A DNA stretch of 64,000 bases from Gordius albopunctatus. Its lineage: Eukaryota. Of the stretch, positions 1-13,399 are shown piece after piece. Below the pieces are notes generated by a model. That model was not told the DNA's origin. It made no database searches and was given only the letters and a program-made list of their open reading frames with translations. The DNA lies in NCBI GenBank assembly GCA_964276515.1, contig OZ193909.1, forward strand, positions 8,122,001 to 8,186,000. Reading direction: 5' to 3'. The position numbers and the translations under genes are program-made. How positions within the stretch are numbered: position 1 is the stretch's first letter; each line of letters opens with the position of its first letter.

Positions 1-32
1 TAACATTTTCAGAAAATAGGGATATACCAAAT

Positions 33-381
33 CAGTGACCAGAAAAGCCCGACCCAGCCCGGCCCACTGTCGAAAATTCAGCAAGATTTTGGCTTGATGA
101 GATATTGTACATAGTGTATTTTTTGTTTTCTTGTATTACTTTGTTACATTTTTATTTGATTGTATAATATTTATTAATCATAATTATCACCAAAAATTGA
201 GAATAAATTTCAAAATATTTAGAAAATTAAACGAAGTAACTAATAAAAAATTTAGAAATCATCATTTTGGGCTGGGGAGTTTGGGCTCTAATGATTTAGC
301 CGAGCGGGCCTCGGCGGAAAATCTGGTTATAAAATTGAACCGGGCCGGGTTCGGACAAATAATAAACAAATCTGACCGCTG
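33..381. mobile_element. Non-autonomous hAT-like MITE
   Basis: Imperfect TIRs CAGTGACCAGA / TCTGACCGCTG, subterminal CCCGG/CCGGG repeats, flanked by an 8-bp near-duplication TACCAAAT (25-32) / CACCAAAT (382-389). Confidence 0.65.
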
Positions 382-3300
382 CACCAAATATTTTCCTTAT
401 TCAGTTTCTAATGTTTAAAACTCTTATAAAGGCACAAGATTAGGTCGCCAGTTTAAATTAAATTGTTATGATTATTGATTTGGAAATCATCTAAAATCTC
501 TTTTTGTTTATTTAATTAAATAAAATGAATTATTCAAATGTAACAAAAATAATTTATTAAAATTGCCTTTTGCTTATAAGCAGACGCTGCTTGGATTTCA
601 TTGGCACGCATCAGATGCTCTTATATTAAAATCGCGCGAGCCCGACCCGAGCCCAAAATAGCTTTATTCTACCCCCAAACGTGTCTGCTGAGTAGAGATG
701 GCGAATTCTAAAATTTTAATTTATTTTGCCATGATTGCTAATAATTGATGGTTTTAAACTATGGATATGAATAGGGGAGTACTTAGGATTACAAATTCAA
801 ATATATTAATAAAAGTTAAAATTTATCTCATTTTTGAATTTAACGCTCTAACAAGCATCTCATTTGAAGTCAAAATGGTTTCAATAGTTGTTTTTAAATA
901 CCCGGTTTTTAAAAACCAATATATTTTTAAAAAATACGATGTTTTGGACAAATATTTCTAATCCCACTCAAATCCTTAATAAATATTCGCACTATTAAAT
1001 ACAATTTAAAAATATTAGTTTGTTGATTCACCAGGTATATTTAATTTTCCGTCCAAATGAAAACAATCAGATTTAAATAAAATTTAATTAACGGAGAATG
1101 TTCTTCTATTATACATTTAGATATTAATTAAAAATATTATACTATATAGCAATAATTTATAAGATAACACCGTGTATTTTGCAGTGTAAGATTCATAACC
1201 TTTCACGCGAGACTTTGAATCGAACCCGACCCGAAAGCATTTTAAAATTTTCAACCCGAAACCGACCCGACACGAAGAAATTTCAAAATTTTCAACCCAG
1301 GTCACCCGTGCAGTTCTCTACAAAGGCTAAATTCATTTTTTCAAATATATAAAATAATCTAAGTTGTCCTTTTATACGTTTAGGCACCTTGGTTTATTTA
1401 TTACTCTGAAATTGACAGATTTCAAACGTAACAGTATCAAATTTTTCTAAATTTGGAAGTGAAAATTTAAAAATTAAAAACTTTAACGTAATGTAAAGGA
1501 ATTTTATCAATCATTTTTTAAAAATAATCAAGTTTTTATAAGTTCAAGCGCATGTAATCCTTTTAATTATTTGTAGTAAATTTGAAAATGTGTAGTATAC
1601 TAAAATCTGCAATGGCGAAAGGGGGTTACTGTCTCCTTCAGGCCAATGATAACGAGTAAATAATTAAATATCCAATTATCTTGCTACTATTTAAACAGCT
1701 ATATTTTTAAATGTGATGATACTCGAACTTTACAATTCTTTTATTCATTGGTTTTAAATAAATCATCTTTTTAAATTAATTACATATTTTATTTTTAACG
1801 TTTCAATGACTATTTTATATATTTTAAATGTAGATTATATTTAAACAACATTGACTTGAGACAAGAAGATGGGTGGTATTTTAAAATTTAACTAATGTAT
1901 CCTTTGCTTTCGTATTATGAAAACATTTGATCTAATTTCAACAAATATTTTTAAACTAGTTGGATGGCCTTAGTCTATCACAGGGTAGCTTGCGCACAGC
2001 TAAACGCGGCGATTATTTTTGCGCAACGGGTAGCCTGTGCAGACCTCTACTTATCAGGAATTATTTTGAATAGACTGATAGTCTAAAATTAAAAAATTAT
2101 AATTAAATTATAATTATTTATTGTTTTAGTTCATCGATCGCAATTAATTTGCACGACACTTTACGTATTCTGGAAATTATCATTAAAAATATAGGAAGAG
2201 TATTTATTGGGTTGGAAAAAGTATTGAGATATATTGGAACTATCCTATAATTTGTCTATTGAAACAATAAACTGGTAACCTAACACTAGCCTAAGCCCCC
2301 CTCCCCGATTTAAGTTAATAAATTTTACCGCCTTTTTTATGTTAAGTCTTATGAAAATATGTTATTGATATAAAACAAATATATGCGATATCTTTACTAC
2401 TAAAATTATGCAAACGGGTAAATTACATCGGTAAATAATGAATCACATTATTTATTCTATAATAGATTCATATGCACCTAACTTTCACGCAATGAATTTA
2501 AAACTTCCTACGGTAACAAAATTCTATATATTTTAGCTTAATTCTATTATCCATTTAAAAAAGGCCCTACACAAAGTTAGCAGATAGTTATATTAAACAA
2601 AAATTTAAAAATTACATTTTGACTATTAGATGAAAATTTATGTAGTTTCAATGACTAACCTATTTTGTGGCATCGAATAAATTCACAATGCAAGATATCG
2701 AAGAATTTGGCCATGGTGTCCTAATCCAATTAAAAGACGGTTTTAAAAAGCAGGCAAAATTTTGAATTAGACGCGCGAAATATCGACGAATGCTTCATAT
2801 AAGTTTTAGGAGTAATTAAGAATTTGAATTCCATACCAAAATTAAGGTGTGTTTGCGTGTGTTCTATATTATGGGGGCTAGGGCGCATGAAATAATAATG
2901 GTGCAACCTACCTTTCCTTCCTATGTATGCAGGAAAATAAAGGTAGAGCGAGCATGGTGTAGCGAAAGATAAAGCGTGTTTGGTTCTTGTGCCGAAAAAT
3001 GTTAGTGAACAAATAGTATATCAACACATAAATAACATTGGTGGTGATTTTGAATTCACCTTATGTCTGGGGGGAGCTGCATTCTTGAGTTAGGGTTTTT
3101 GCTGCAACTTTCATCCTTCCAGTGGGTTCTGTATGAATTTTCTTATTCCTAAACTGTATAAAAATGTTTGCCTGCAAGTCATAGCTGTGCATATTTTTAA
3201 AAATATCAATAATTAATCACTAATTAATTGCTATGCACTTTTTTAACATCAATCTGCTTATTTTGAAAGCCTTAATAAATTATGAGCTATTGTGCTAATT

Positions 3301-4040
3301 ATTTTGTTATAAAATTTCGAAAGATTTTTCATTTTAATTAATTTTATAGCTTCCCAACAATTTAATAAAGTATTAACGTTGTGACTATTGCGCTAGCCAC
3401 TGCTGTGAGATAAATGATGTTATTGTCCGCAAATAACTAATCTAAACCATAAAGAACTTATAAGTTAGTGGGTCAGGTGCTTACCATTATTATTCCAGGT
3501 CAATAAAATATCGGTCAAGTCATCCCCCGTTGGTTGAACCATCTTTTTATAAAATTTAGTTTTATTTTGATCTACATAAGAGAAGGTAAATAATCGTTCA
3601 TGTATCAATCTGAGTGAAATATTTGACTTAACTACGTAAAGTAAATATCAATCTATATCTATGGCAAGGTTTGTTAAAACTCTGAAGAATCTGCAAATAA
3701 AAAATTTGCATTTAGATGATATTTTGTCATAATTAGGTCAACCCATCTCTAACGCATAGCTTGTTTCATAAAGTCAAGTTAGCTAAGTATTATAAATTTA
3801 AAGATAATTGCAACTAAATTATACGGTGTATACAAATAAAAAACGCTTTGAGCGATGAAGCGAACAGCTAATCAATTGTTCTATCGTGTTTGCAAACCAA
3901 AAATGCCTTCTTATAATGCCTTAATTACATAGCTTGATTAATTATAGAGGTGTTGTATTATGAAATAATAATTTTAAAAGAAATCATGTTTTACAAAAAA
4001 TATTGTTTTCTTCAAAGTAATCTATGAAATTGCAATACCC

Positions 4041-4357
4041 TCCTTCTTCTTTATCAGTTATTTGGTCCCACATTGGTGGGGTTTGTTTTGATAAGTTTCT
4101 TCCATCTTGACCGGGTGAGTGCCATGTCTTGACTAATCTCTTTAGTTTCCATAACTTTATCGACTTGCCCTTTCCACGTGACACGGGGTCGTCCTCTTCC
4201 TCTCTTCCACGGTACCTGCATGTGCAGTACTTTCCGATTTACGTCATTCGTATCCCTTCTTAGTATATGACCATACCCTTAGCCGATTTTCGTTAATCAT
4301 GTCCGCCATAGGTTGAATACCCATTTTTGTCATGAGAACGTCATTCGTCATACGGTT
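4041..4357 (-). mobile_element. RTE-clade LINE 3' end fragment
   Basis: Reverse complement resembles the 3' end of the RTE at 26150-26490 and of the copy at 4960-5277 (RGRP/TW region) and ends in a (GAA)n tail at about 4041-4052. Confidence 0.75.
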
Positions 4358-5277
4358 ATGAAAAATATTTATGAAGCCTCAAACTCTTGCGTTAGGACGA
4401 CAGTTGGAGACTCTTTTTGGGTTAAAAATGGATTACATCAAGGAAAGTCCCTTTTTATTAAATATAATTATAGACACGATAACGAGGGACATTCAAAAGT
4501 CATCGCTATGGTGTATGCTATATGCCAATGATATAGTACTATACGAGGAAACAAGGGAGAAGTATTCGAATAAGCCGAAAAGTGGTCAAAGCGCTTAGCT
4601 GGATGTGGTTTAAAGGTCAACGATCGAAAAACAGTATACATGGAAATGAAAGAATGACTATCTAAAGTACCCAAAAGTAGAGAGGTTTACATACCTTGGC
4701 TCGATGTTACATCAAGAGGGAGGTTACGAAACGGTAGTCAATGCCCGGATCCATAAGATTGGCTTAAATGGCGAAGTATATCCGGTGTGATGTGCGACAA
4801 AAAATGCCAATATGGTTGAAGAGGAAAGCTTACAAATCCATCGTAAGACCGGTGTTACTCTATGGAAGTGAAACATGGTCATTAAACACCACAGAAGGAA
4901 AAATATTACAAGCCAGAGAGATCAGAATGATACGTTGGAGCTTTGGGTATACTAAGCTCGACCACATGATGAATGACTTTCTCATGACAAAAATGGGTAT
5001 TCAACCTATGGTGGACATGATTTACGAAAATCGATTGAGGTGATATGTGCATATACTAAGAAGGGACACGAATTCCGTAAATCAAAAAGTATTGGACATG
5101 GAGGTACCGGGGAGAAAGGAAGAGGACAACCCCTTGTCACGTGGAAAGGGCAAGTCGATAAAGTTATGAAAACTAAAGAGATTATTGAAGATATGGCTCT
5201 CACCCGGTCAAAATGGAAGAAACTTATCAAAACAAACCCCACAAATGTGGGACCAAATAACTTATAAAGAAGAAGAA
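4358..5277 (+). mobile_element. RTE-clade LINE, degenerate RT C-terminal half and 3' end
   Basis: Frameshifted pieces: VRTTVG..GLHQG, MLYANDIVL (YADD-like), [23 protein letters not shown]. Ends in TAAAGAAGAAGAA. Confidence 0.85.
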
Positions 5278-5343
5278 AAATCGATTAATGGTTATAAAAT
5301 AATTTTAAAAAAATTGTGTTTTCACCATGCTTGGTCCTTTAAA

Positions 5344-5597
5344 GCTAATTAAATTTTTAAAAGTAAATTTATGGGTAAAGGTGTCATACATTATTAAAAC
5401 CATAAATTTTAGATTTGTCAACTTATATTTGTGATAATTGTCATAATTGTCATTTTTAGAGTTAATTAAATTTTTTAAAATAAAATTAATGGGTAAAAAG
5501 GTGTCAAACGTAAATTTTAGATTTGTCCACTTATCTTGGTGAAAATTGTCATAATTTTAATTTTTAGGTCTAATTAAATTTTTAAAACAAAAATTTT
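5344..5597. repeat. Tandem duplication, unit about 115 bp, just over two copies
   Basis: TAATTAAATTTTTAAAA...ATGGGTAAA(AA)GGTGTCA...AAATTTTAGATTTGTC...AATTGTCATAATT repeated directly. Confidence 0.7.
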
Positions 5598-5599
5598 TG

Positions 5600-5938
5600 T
5601 GTTCTTTGGAGCTTTGATTCCATTCCACCTAGTTTTATGTAGGCAGGCGATGTGTACCTTTCTTCTTTTTAGCATTTGTGCGACCGAAAGGCTCTTTTCC
5701 GTTAACGTTTTAAAATTCCACCATGTTATTCTCATCTTTTCCACAACTGATTTCCTTAACCGCTTTCCTTGTGAGTCGGATAGTAACCATAGTGAGTTTT
5801 TCACATTGCACGGGCGAGTTATGCAGTGCGCGTCGTTTGTGTAGGACGCTCTAGACTTCTGTTGTTGTTTTGTTTAAAACATCGTTTTCGACCTGATGCC
5901 AACCCTCCACTTTTTGCACTTGGGCTCGGGACCGTCGT
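5600..5938 (-). mobile_element. RTE-clade LINE 5' fragment (5' leader plus APE endonuclease N-terminus)
   Basis: Minus strand starts ACGACGGTCCCGAG...GTGGAGGGTTGGCATCAGGTCG, like the RTE at 23436. It encodes [32 protein letters not shown], versus [32 protein letters not shown] in that element. Confidence 0.85.
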
Positions 5939-6654
5939 AGTAACTAGCAATTTTATTAACGGGTAAGATTGCACTGTGACTTGGTCAATATTAATTAAAG
6001 TGACATTAATTGCTATGCATCATAAAATTTTGTTAAATGTTATAAACCCTTATTACAAGTTCAAGCTATCTCATGTTTCAGCAAGATCTGTCAATAATTT
6101 TGACATAAACTCATGAGAAAATTATTTTTTGGCCCAATCTACTGATTTTTGCAAATATCCACATAAAATAAGAATCTAATTTATATTACATGGCTTTGTA
6201 TCAAACTTAAGAAGAGACCTGTCGTCTAAAGAATGCTTTCGACGCCCTATCAGATATATCGCCTAATATAAAATCCCATTTTTTATATATTAGCCCCTCC
6301 CAAAAAGCCTATGCACCAAGGAAAGAAGTTTTTCCACACCTGGGAGATGGACCATGCCTGGTTACAGAATTATCTATCTAAAATTTAATACACCACTATT
6401 AATAGATTTCCTAAAAATTTATCCTATTATTGCTTTACAAGTTTTCATATTATTTATTGAATTCAAGATTAAATATTGTTAACTAATACCAGATACAACA
6501 ATACTATGAAATTTTTCTTATAAATTGTTGCAACAACAATCATACTAATAAGATTCGTTTGATAAAAGGCTTCTTTACAATATGAAGACATCTTTAAAAT
6601 TATGTGAGAATTTTTAAATAGACAGTGCAGATGGTATTATAGCAGCATGCGAAT

Positions 6655-9600
6655 ATGAGTTCGAAAAGTTTGACAAAAGTTCCCACGACTGAATCTCTTG
6701 GCCAGGGTTTAGATATAGATTTCTATGCCATACCGGATTATGTCATAGGAGAAGAAATTGGCCACGGCTCATTCGGCCAATTACGATATTGTACAAATTT
6801 AAACACGAAAGAAGTTTCGGCCGTTAAATTAGAACCAATGAGCGCGGAAATTCCCCAGCTTTATAGGGAATACAAACTATATAAATTATTCCATGATAAT
6901 GAAATTAAAAAAGTATTTAAAATTTGAAAATTTTAAAATTATACATAGTGTTTGCATATTGAAGGAACATTAGTAAATTAAATGCTAAATAATTTTTACA
7001 GGTCATCATTCCAATATTAATGGCATGAGCAAAAATAATAAGGAATCATTAGAGCCCTGCAAAATAAAATTTCTTCTGCCCGAGCCCGGCCCGAGTCTGA
7101 CTTTTCAATTTTTATTTTGCCTTGGCCCGACCCGAGCCCGAGCTCGATTTTTTAAATAAAATTTTTAAAAAATTATATTTTTCAAAATTTTTTCACCAAT
7201 TTTTCAAAAATTTTTCACCATCTAAATATAAAATGCATTAGATTGTTATTACTCGTAATTTACAACTAGGATAAGTTTGAAATAAAAAATCCATTTTCAC
7301 TCGTTAAAATATATTCAGCTAATAATTTAAAGCTAAAAATTTAACTTTATAAAATGTATTTTTTACAGTTCCAAATAAAAAACTTTTTGAAATATTTACT
7401 TATCTTATTTCTAAAGTTGTAACTTCTATGAATCTATTTAAATAATAGAATAAGATTTGAATTTCAGGTCAGTTATATTATAACAGACAAGGGAAAAAAG
7501 CTGAAGTTTGATAGCTATATAATGTACGCTGTACCAAGATATTGAATTTATTTAAATCATATTTTATAAAAGATAAATTTGCTTTAGTTCAATTCGAGCC
7601 GGGCTCGGGCCTCGGGTCGCGCCGCCACATCAGGTCCGACCCGAGGCCGAGAGATAATTATTTTATGAAATTTTGCCCGAGTCCGGCCCGTGCAGGGCTC
7701 TAGGCATCATACACTCTCTTTTTGGGATTTAATAAAGCCTCGGTTAAAAATTGAAATTTATTAAACTGAATAGCGAATTAGTTATATGATGTATCTATAG
7801 TACTTTTTGTTAATAAATTCGATTTACACATAAATATTTGAATATCCATTAGAGATTTAGATTATTATTGGAAGTTTTTATAACTTTTGTAATGGATGCA
7901 TTTTAATTCATAGAGAAATAAAGAGTGAAATGTAAAAAAGTCTTTTTATATAGGTCGAAGGAATTCCAATGGCCTATTATTATGGAGAAATTGAGGATAA
8001 ATATCGTACCTTAGTTATGGATTTATTAGGACCAAATCTTCACAATTTGTTTTTATTGTGTAACAAAGAATTTAGCTTAAAAACAGTATTACTTTTGGCA
8101 TGTCAATTGCTTAGGAGGATAGAATACATACATAATAAACGATATTTATATCGCGATGTCAAACCGCAAAATTTCTTAATAGGCCGACGGATGAACAGAA
8201 ATGAGGATGTGGTGTTTGTTGTTGATTTCGGACTTTCAAAAGAATACATGGATGAAAAAGGTAAAAAGGATGGTGTCGTAAACTAAAAATTTATTAAAGG
8301 ACATTATAAAATGCAGAACCTATATTCCCCTAAGTTTAGAAATATTAAAACGCGACGTAGATTAAGTTTAGTTAAAATCTTTTATTTTAATTACACACAG
8401 TACATATATTCATAACTTATTAAGCTAAAAGAATATTAAAAATTGACATTTAACGACACTAACGTCCTCTTAAAACATTAACGATTTGTTAAGCAGTATA
8501 TTAACTTATGCTCAAAGGATAATACTTGATAAACAATGAAATATTGATATTTTTTAAAATACAATTTATAACGTAGGAGTTCATATACCTTTTCGCGAGA
8601 AAAAGTCTTTAACTGGCACAGCTAGATACATGTCTATTAGAACACACGAAGGAATCGAGCAAAGTCGTCGAGATGATTTAGAGGGATTGGGATATTTGCT
8701 CATATATTTCCTTAAAGGCACGCTCCCATGGCAAAATATAAAGACAAAAAAAGATGTATCATCCAAAGATAAATACAAAAAAATTGCCGACTGTAAAAAG
8801 AAAACCAGTATTGAAAAGCTTTGTGAAGTAATTAATTGATTTCTTTTTCGCAAAGCAAATTTTTGGATGCAATCATTAAAACACAAAGGCTTGCAGCTTA
8901 TTCTAATTGTTTATAAATTTGAACATTGATTCGAAGTAAACTATTTTTTACTTTTATGGATGTATTTTCGGAAATATTAGAGGGTTGTTCCCGAAAATAT
9001 TGTTTAGTATGGTAGACATTTTCTAAAATAATTAGTTAATATTTAAACGAAATTATAATTGTTTAGTAATATCTAGAGCTGTTAAAAGTTCCTTTTAAAA
9101 AGGAACTTGTCAAGTTCTAGTTCCTTTGCCTAAAATGGAACTAGTTCCAGTTCCTAGTTCCTCATTTTAAAAACAACTAGTTCCAGTTCAGTTCCTTTGA
9201 AGTTCCTTTTTTAATTTTTTTTTAATGTACAAACATCTTTTATTAATTCATAAAACCAATATATTATATATTACAATTTATAAAAATCATCAGGTAATAA
9301 ATGTTTATTTGATTTTAACAAAAGTTATTTTCGAAGTTGTCATCTAAAAGACATGTTCGCTTGTCTCCAAATAAAATTTTGCCCAAGCTAAATAATCTTT
9401 CCACGGGGGCACTTGATGGTAATGGCGTATTATATTTAATAAATTGTTTTTTTAAATGGGGAAAACTGTCTAAAAGACTTAAATTTCGGTTAGGAGAAAG
9501 CAGAAAACGTTCAATTGATTCATTTTTTTCGTTATTTTTTAATTCAAAAAAATTCATGTCTGATAAACTAAGTCCAACTTGTTGAGATTTAGGAACACAC

Positions 9601-12600
9601 AAATTGATATCCTCTAAAATGTTTGCTTTCATGTTCGCAGCGCATTCTTTGCGAATCCAATTCCAATCTGTTTTAAAAGCAGGATGGAGAATAGCCGCCG
9701 ACAGATTTTCTTTGCTAAAAAGATCCAAAAATCTATTAATTAGATAGACTAGACGTTATAAATAATATTCAACCTGTTATTAATGCCTTGAGTAATAGCA
9801 TCTTTTAATGGCTTACACCATTTCAAGGAGCCCATAGATTCAATTTTCATCAATATTTGAGTGATTGTCGGGGTATAATATGCAAGATACATATAGTTTT
9901 GCCCTTCCAAAAACTCAATTGCTTTTGCAATTGGTTCCATGACCTTTAAAAATCATTTTAAAATAATGCTAATTTTTAAATTAAAATTTTACATCGCAAT
10001 ATTCTGCAATAAAATCACATTCATCTGATGTGAACTTTTGAAGATTCAGCTTGTCACATACACTCTGTAACCCATCAAATTGTCCCTTTATAATAGAAGT
10101 TATGTGCCTCATCGAATTATATAAGGAATTCCATCTTGTAACAGGACATATAAAATAACAGCCAAGTTGTTTTTAAATGAACTCAGCAGCATGAGTTGAT
10201 CTACCTTGCAAGTTCCACAACTGCTGGCATTTGTGCACTACCAATGAGCATATTTTTTTTTATACTTTTCATTGGTATTTATGTATTTCGTCACATCAGT
10301 TGTAGCAATCAAATTCAACGTGTGGCAAGCACACCTTCTATGTTTAGGAAGAAAGTCATAATCCAAGGAATTATGATCAACCAGACCTTCATCATTTAAA
10401 ATGTCATCTATTGATATATGCTCCACATCACTATTTTCTGATGAATTCTCATTAAAGGCAAATAACCTAAAGATGTTTGAGTTAGAATTGTAACTTATAA
10501 TACCTAAAAGCCTTAATGAAGTTGGTTGCGTTATCAGTTATCGTGCATACATTTTTATTGTGTATTTCATATTCTTTGAATATTGAAATCAGAGTCTTGC
10601 ATAAAACATCAAAAGTATGTCTGCCCTCTAATCTTCTACAGGCCAAAATGGCAGTAACCCTTTTAAGAGTTTTGTCATCTATCCAATGAACTGTGACTCC
10701 TATAAATGAGCTAATAATTATAAAGAGACTCTTTAAATCTAATTACCGGTTATATGCAGTCCAACAATCAGCAGTTGTACAAACATGTGAAACTACAAGG
10801 AATTTTTCTTTGATTAACTCTTTCATTTTCATTACATAGATTTTGATTCTGGATGTTAATGTTTGTCTGCAAAGGATTTTAATATTATGTTTAAAAGTTG
10901 ATAGAAGTTTTAGAAAGTCCTCATTATCTACCAATGAAAATGGATGATTTCCATTTATAATAAATTTAACAACAGCATCATTAATCATCTCTTTAGTAAG
11001 TGATGCTGATGAAGGTTTAAAAACTGGTAGCTGTTTTAATTTATCTTTCTCACTAGCACTACCATTAAACATAGATTTAACTTTTTGTTGCTTTAACTTC
11101 ATATATTCTTGATTATGCAATCTCTAAAATATAATTTATAATAAATATATAAAATTATTGACCTTGAGGTGACGCCAAATATTTGCGGTATAAGATATCG
11201 ACGTAGATATACTTCTGGGTTTTGGAGAGCATAACTTGCATTTGAGAGTTATGGATTTTGCATCCTTTTGAATAACCGTAAAAATATTATCAAATAAAGG
11301 CCAAGGTATATTTTCAGGTTTAATTATGGTAATGTCACTCTCACTCATATCTAAACTCAAAAGATTATATATTTAATATTTATAATATAAACTTACTATT
11401 ACTAGGAATATGATAAAAATTAAAAATCAATTAAAGGAAATGAACTTTATATAAATTACCACACGTCGAAAAATTTATTTAACAAACACTACCGTGAATT
11501 AAATACTAAATAATATTTAAATTATAAATTAATTATAAAACTTTGAATGCAAATTGAAATTGGCAAAAGGAACTTAAAAGGAACTTGTAAAGAGTTCCTT
11601 TTGCGATAAATTGAGAAAGAACTAGTTCCTTTAACAGCTCTAGTAATATCTATCGTTGCAGGGGCTGTTAAAAAGTCTAATATGTGAAAAATAATCTAAT
11701 TATATTTTCTAAATAACATTTACCCATGGGCGTAGCCAGATTTTTGATTAGGGGGGGGGGGGGTAAAACGTTAAAAAGTTCAATTAGGGAGGGGCAAATC
11801 ATAATTTTTTTTTAATTCTCAAGGGTTTTTGCATTGGAAAGAAAATTTTCATCATGCACTTACCTAAAGTTCTATGTTTTTATAATGGAAACATGGTTAT
11901 TGATAATTTTCAAAAATATGAATTATCTAATATATTTAAACAATTTGATCAATTTAAGGCTTTATAAAAACAATTAATAAAATAACATTGCCCTTTTTAA
12001 CATTTTATATTCCCGAAGCGACTCACATCACCAAGCTAGGTTTAAAGTTCTGATATGTGTAAGGCGTTTATGCAATTAATTTTAGATAGTTTCAGTTGTT
12101 TTATAAGAGTAGCCAGATATTACATAAGTCATCTTTATTAATTGGATAAAGTCTTTTAAAAAATTGAATAATAATTTCAAACACTACACAATAAACTCTT
12201 CAACCTTTGCATCAATATAGTTCGGTGGTAGGAAGATTCTACATACCTATTTATAACGCATTCTACTATCTAAAGATCCAAATGAATTATTTAACCACAT
12301 TCAGGTTTTAATAGTTTTTTTTATATAGGGGGCCCCCAAAGAATTCATAACATACATGAAGTATGTTCGAAAGTTAGATTTTGAAGACAAACCTAATTAT
12401 AGCTTTTTGCTCGACCTTTTCACTGGTCTACTACGTAAGAATATGTGGACAGAAGATGGTTGCTTTGATTGGGTTGCCAAAAGGGAGCCATCACCCGTTC
12501 CCTCTGCCGTATTTGGTTACTCTGCATTGCCAGAATTGCCCAATTATGCCGCTGCCCCTAATTATTTTCCAAACGAATACCAGAATTTGTATTTGGCTGC

Positions 12601-12769
12601 TAATAAATATGCTAATCCTTATCTAAATCCTTACGGCGCATACCCTGTAGCCCAATATTACCAGAATTATCCTGATCTGCTTAGTTCAACGAATACTGTG
12701 GTGGCTGAAGATCTTACCAAACAAGTGGCGGAAAAGTCAAATAAGTGTGAAGGATCATTCACTTTATAA
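6655..12769 (+). CDS. Casein kinase I, gamma/gilgamesh-like, divergent; 4 exons: 6655-6912, 7954-8260, 8577-8827, 12329-12769
   Basis: Exons join in frame through GT-AG introns. Motifs [88 protein letters not shown] are CK1-family. YRDVKP, KLEPM and KSLTGT point to the gamma subgroup. Confidence 0.93.
7050..7702. mobile_element. hAT-type MITE (TAGAGCCCTGCA family) in CK1 intron 1
   Basis: TIR TAGAGCCCTGCA / TGCAGGGCTCTA, CCCGAG subterminal repeats, 8-bp TSD GGAATCAT / GGCATCAT. Other copies at 49123, 51473 and 63289. Confidence 0.88.
9074..11642 (-). mobile_element. Complete hAT DNA transposon (2569 bp) in CK1 intron 3
   Basis: 13-bp perfect TIR TAGAGCTGTTAAA, perfect 8-bp TSD GTAATATC (9066-9073 and 11643-11650), subterminal GAACTAGTTCC repeats, internal transposase gene. 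Confidence 0.95.
9315..11348 (-). pseudogene. hAT transposase, 6 exons (11348-11163, 11123-10747, 10710-10504, 10466-9993, 9943-9774, 9732-9315), disabled
   Basis: BED finger (CKLC...RHLK.LH), catalytic TTADCWT and ITDN, CACH motif, TRWNS, dimerisation [11 protein letters not shown] frameshift in the A-run near 10255 and an in-frame TAA near 10175 interrupt exon 4. Confidence 0.88.
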
Positions 12770-13399
12770 AATTTTTATTAAAACATTTTTATAAGGGTGG
12801 TAATATATTAATTACAAAAAATATGATATGAAATGGTTAATTTAAAAAAATTAATAAATTTTGTATAATGGCATTAGGTAGGCAACCTAAAATCATTGTT
12901 GTATTTATTTACCAATATCGCAGTTTTCAATTTATATAAAAGGTCAATATTTCTCGGCTTCATCTACCTACTATTTTGTTAAATTCTTAAATATTATTTT
13001 AATATAGACAATATCTATATTAATTACAAAGTCAATGTTTATATTGGATTTAAATTATATATAATAGATTATCGGATGAAAAATTGGTGGTAACTGAGAG
13101 TAGAAGCACGAATGCGAAAAATGACGAAAACTTTGTTGCGCGATTAAAAAAATTATTTTGTATTAAACAAAAGACAATATAATAAGCAAATTGCAGTTAT
13201 ATTTATATAAAACCATTCACAAATGCTAACATTTATTAATGTTTTAAAAATTTCAACTTTTATGACCAAAAATATTATATTTTAACAAATTGATCCAATA
13301 AAACATTAATTTATCAACATGTATTTGCTGTCTAACTAATATGTTTTCACTTTTTCAATGACTCTTCCTATCAAAATTACTTTCCATTTGTCTTTATAT

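Noticed and set aside
2680..3150. Possible minus-strand exons in a GC-richer patch
   Set aside because: Candidate splice sites give stops in the frames tried and no recognisable protein; possibly decayed TE.
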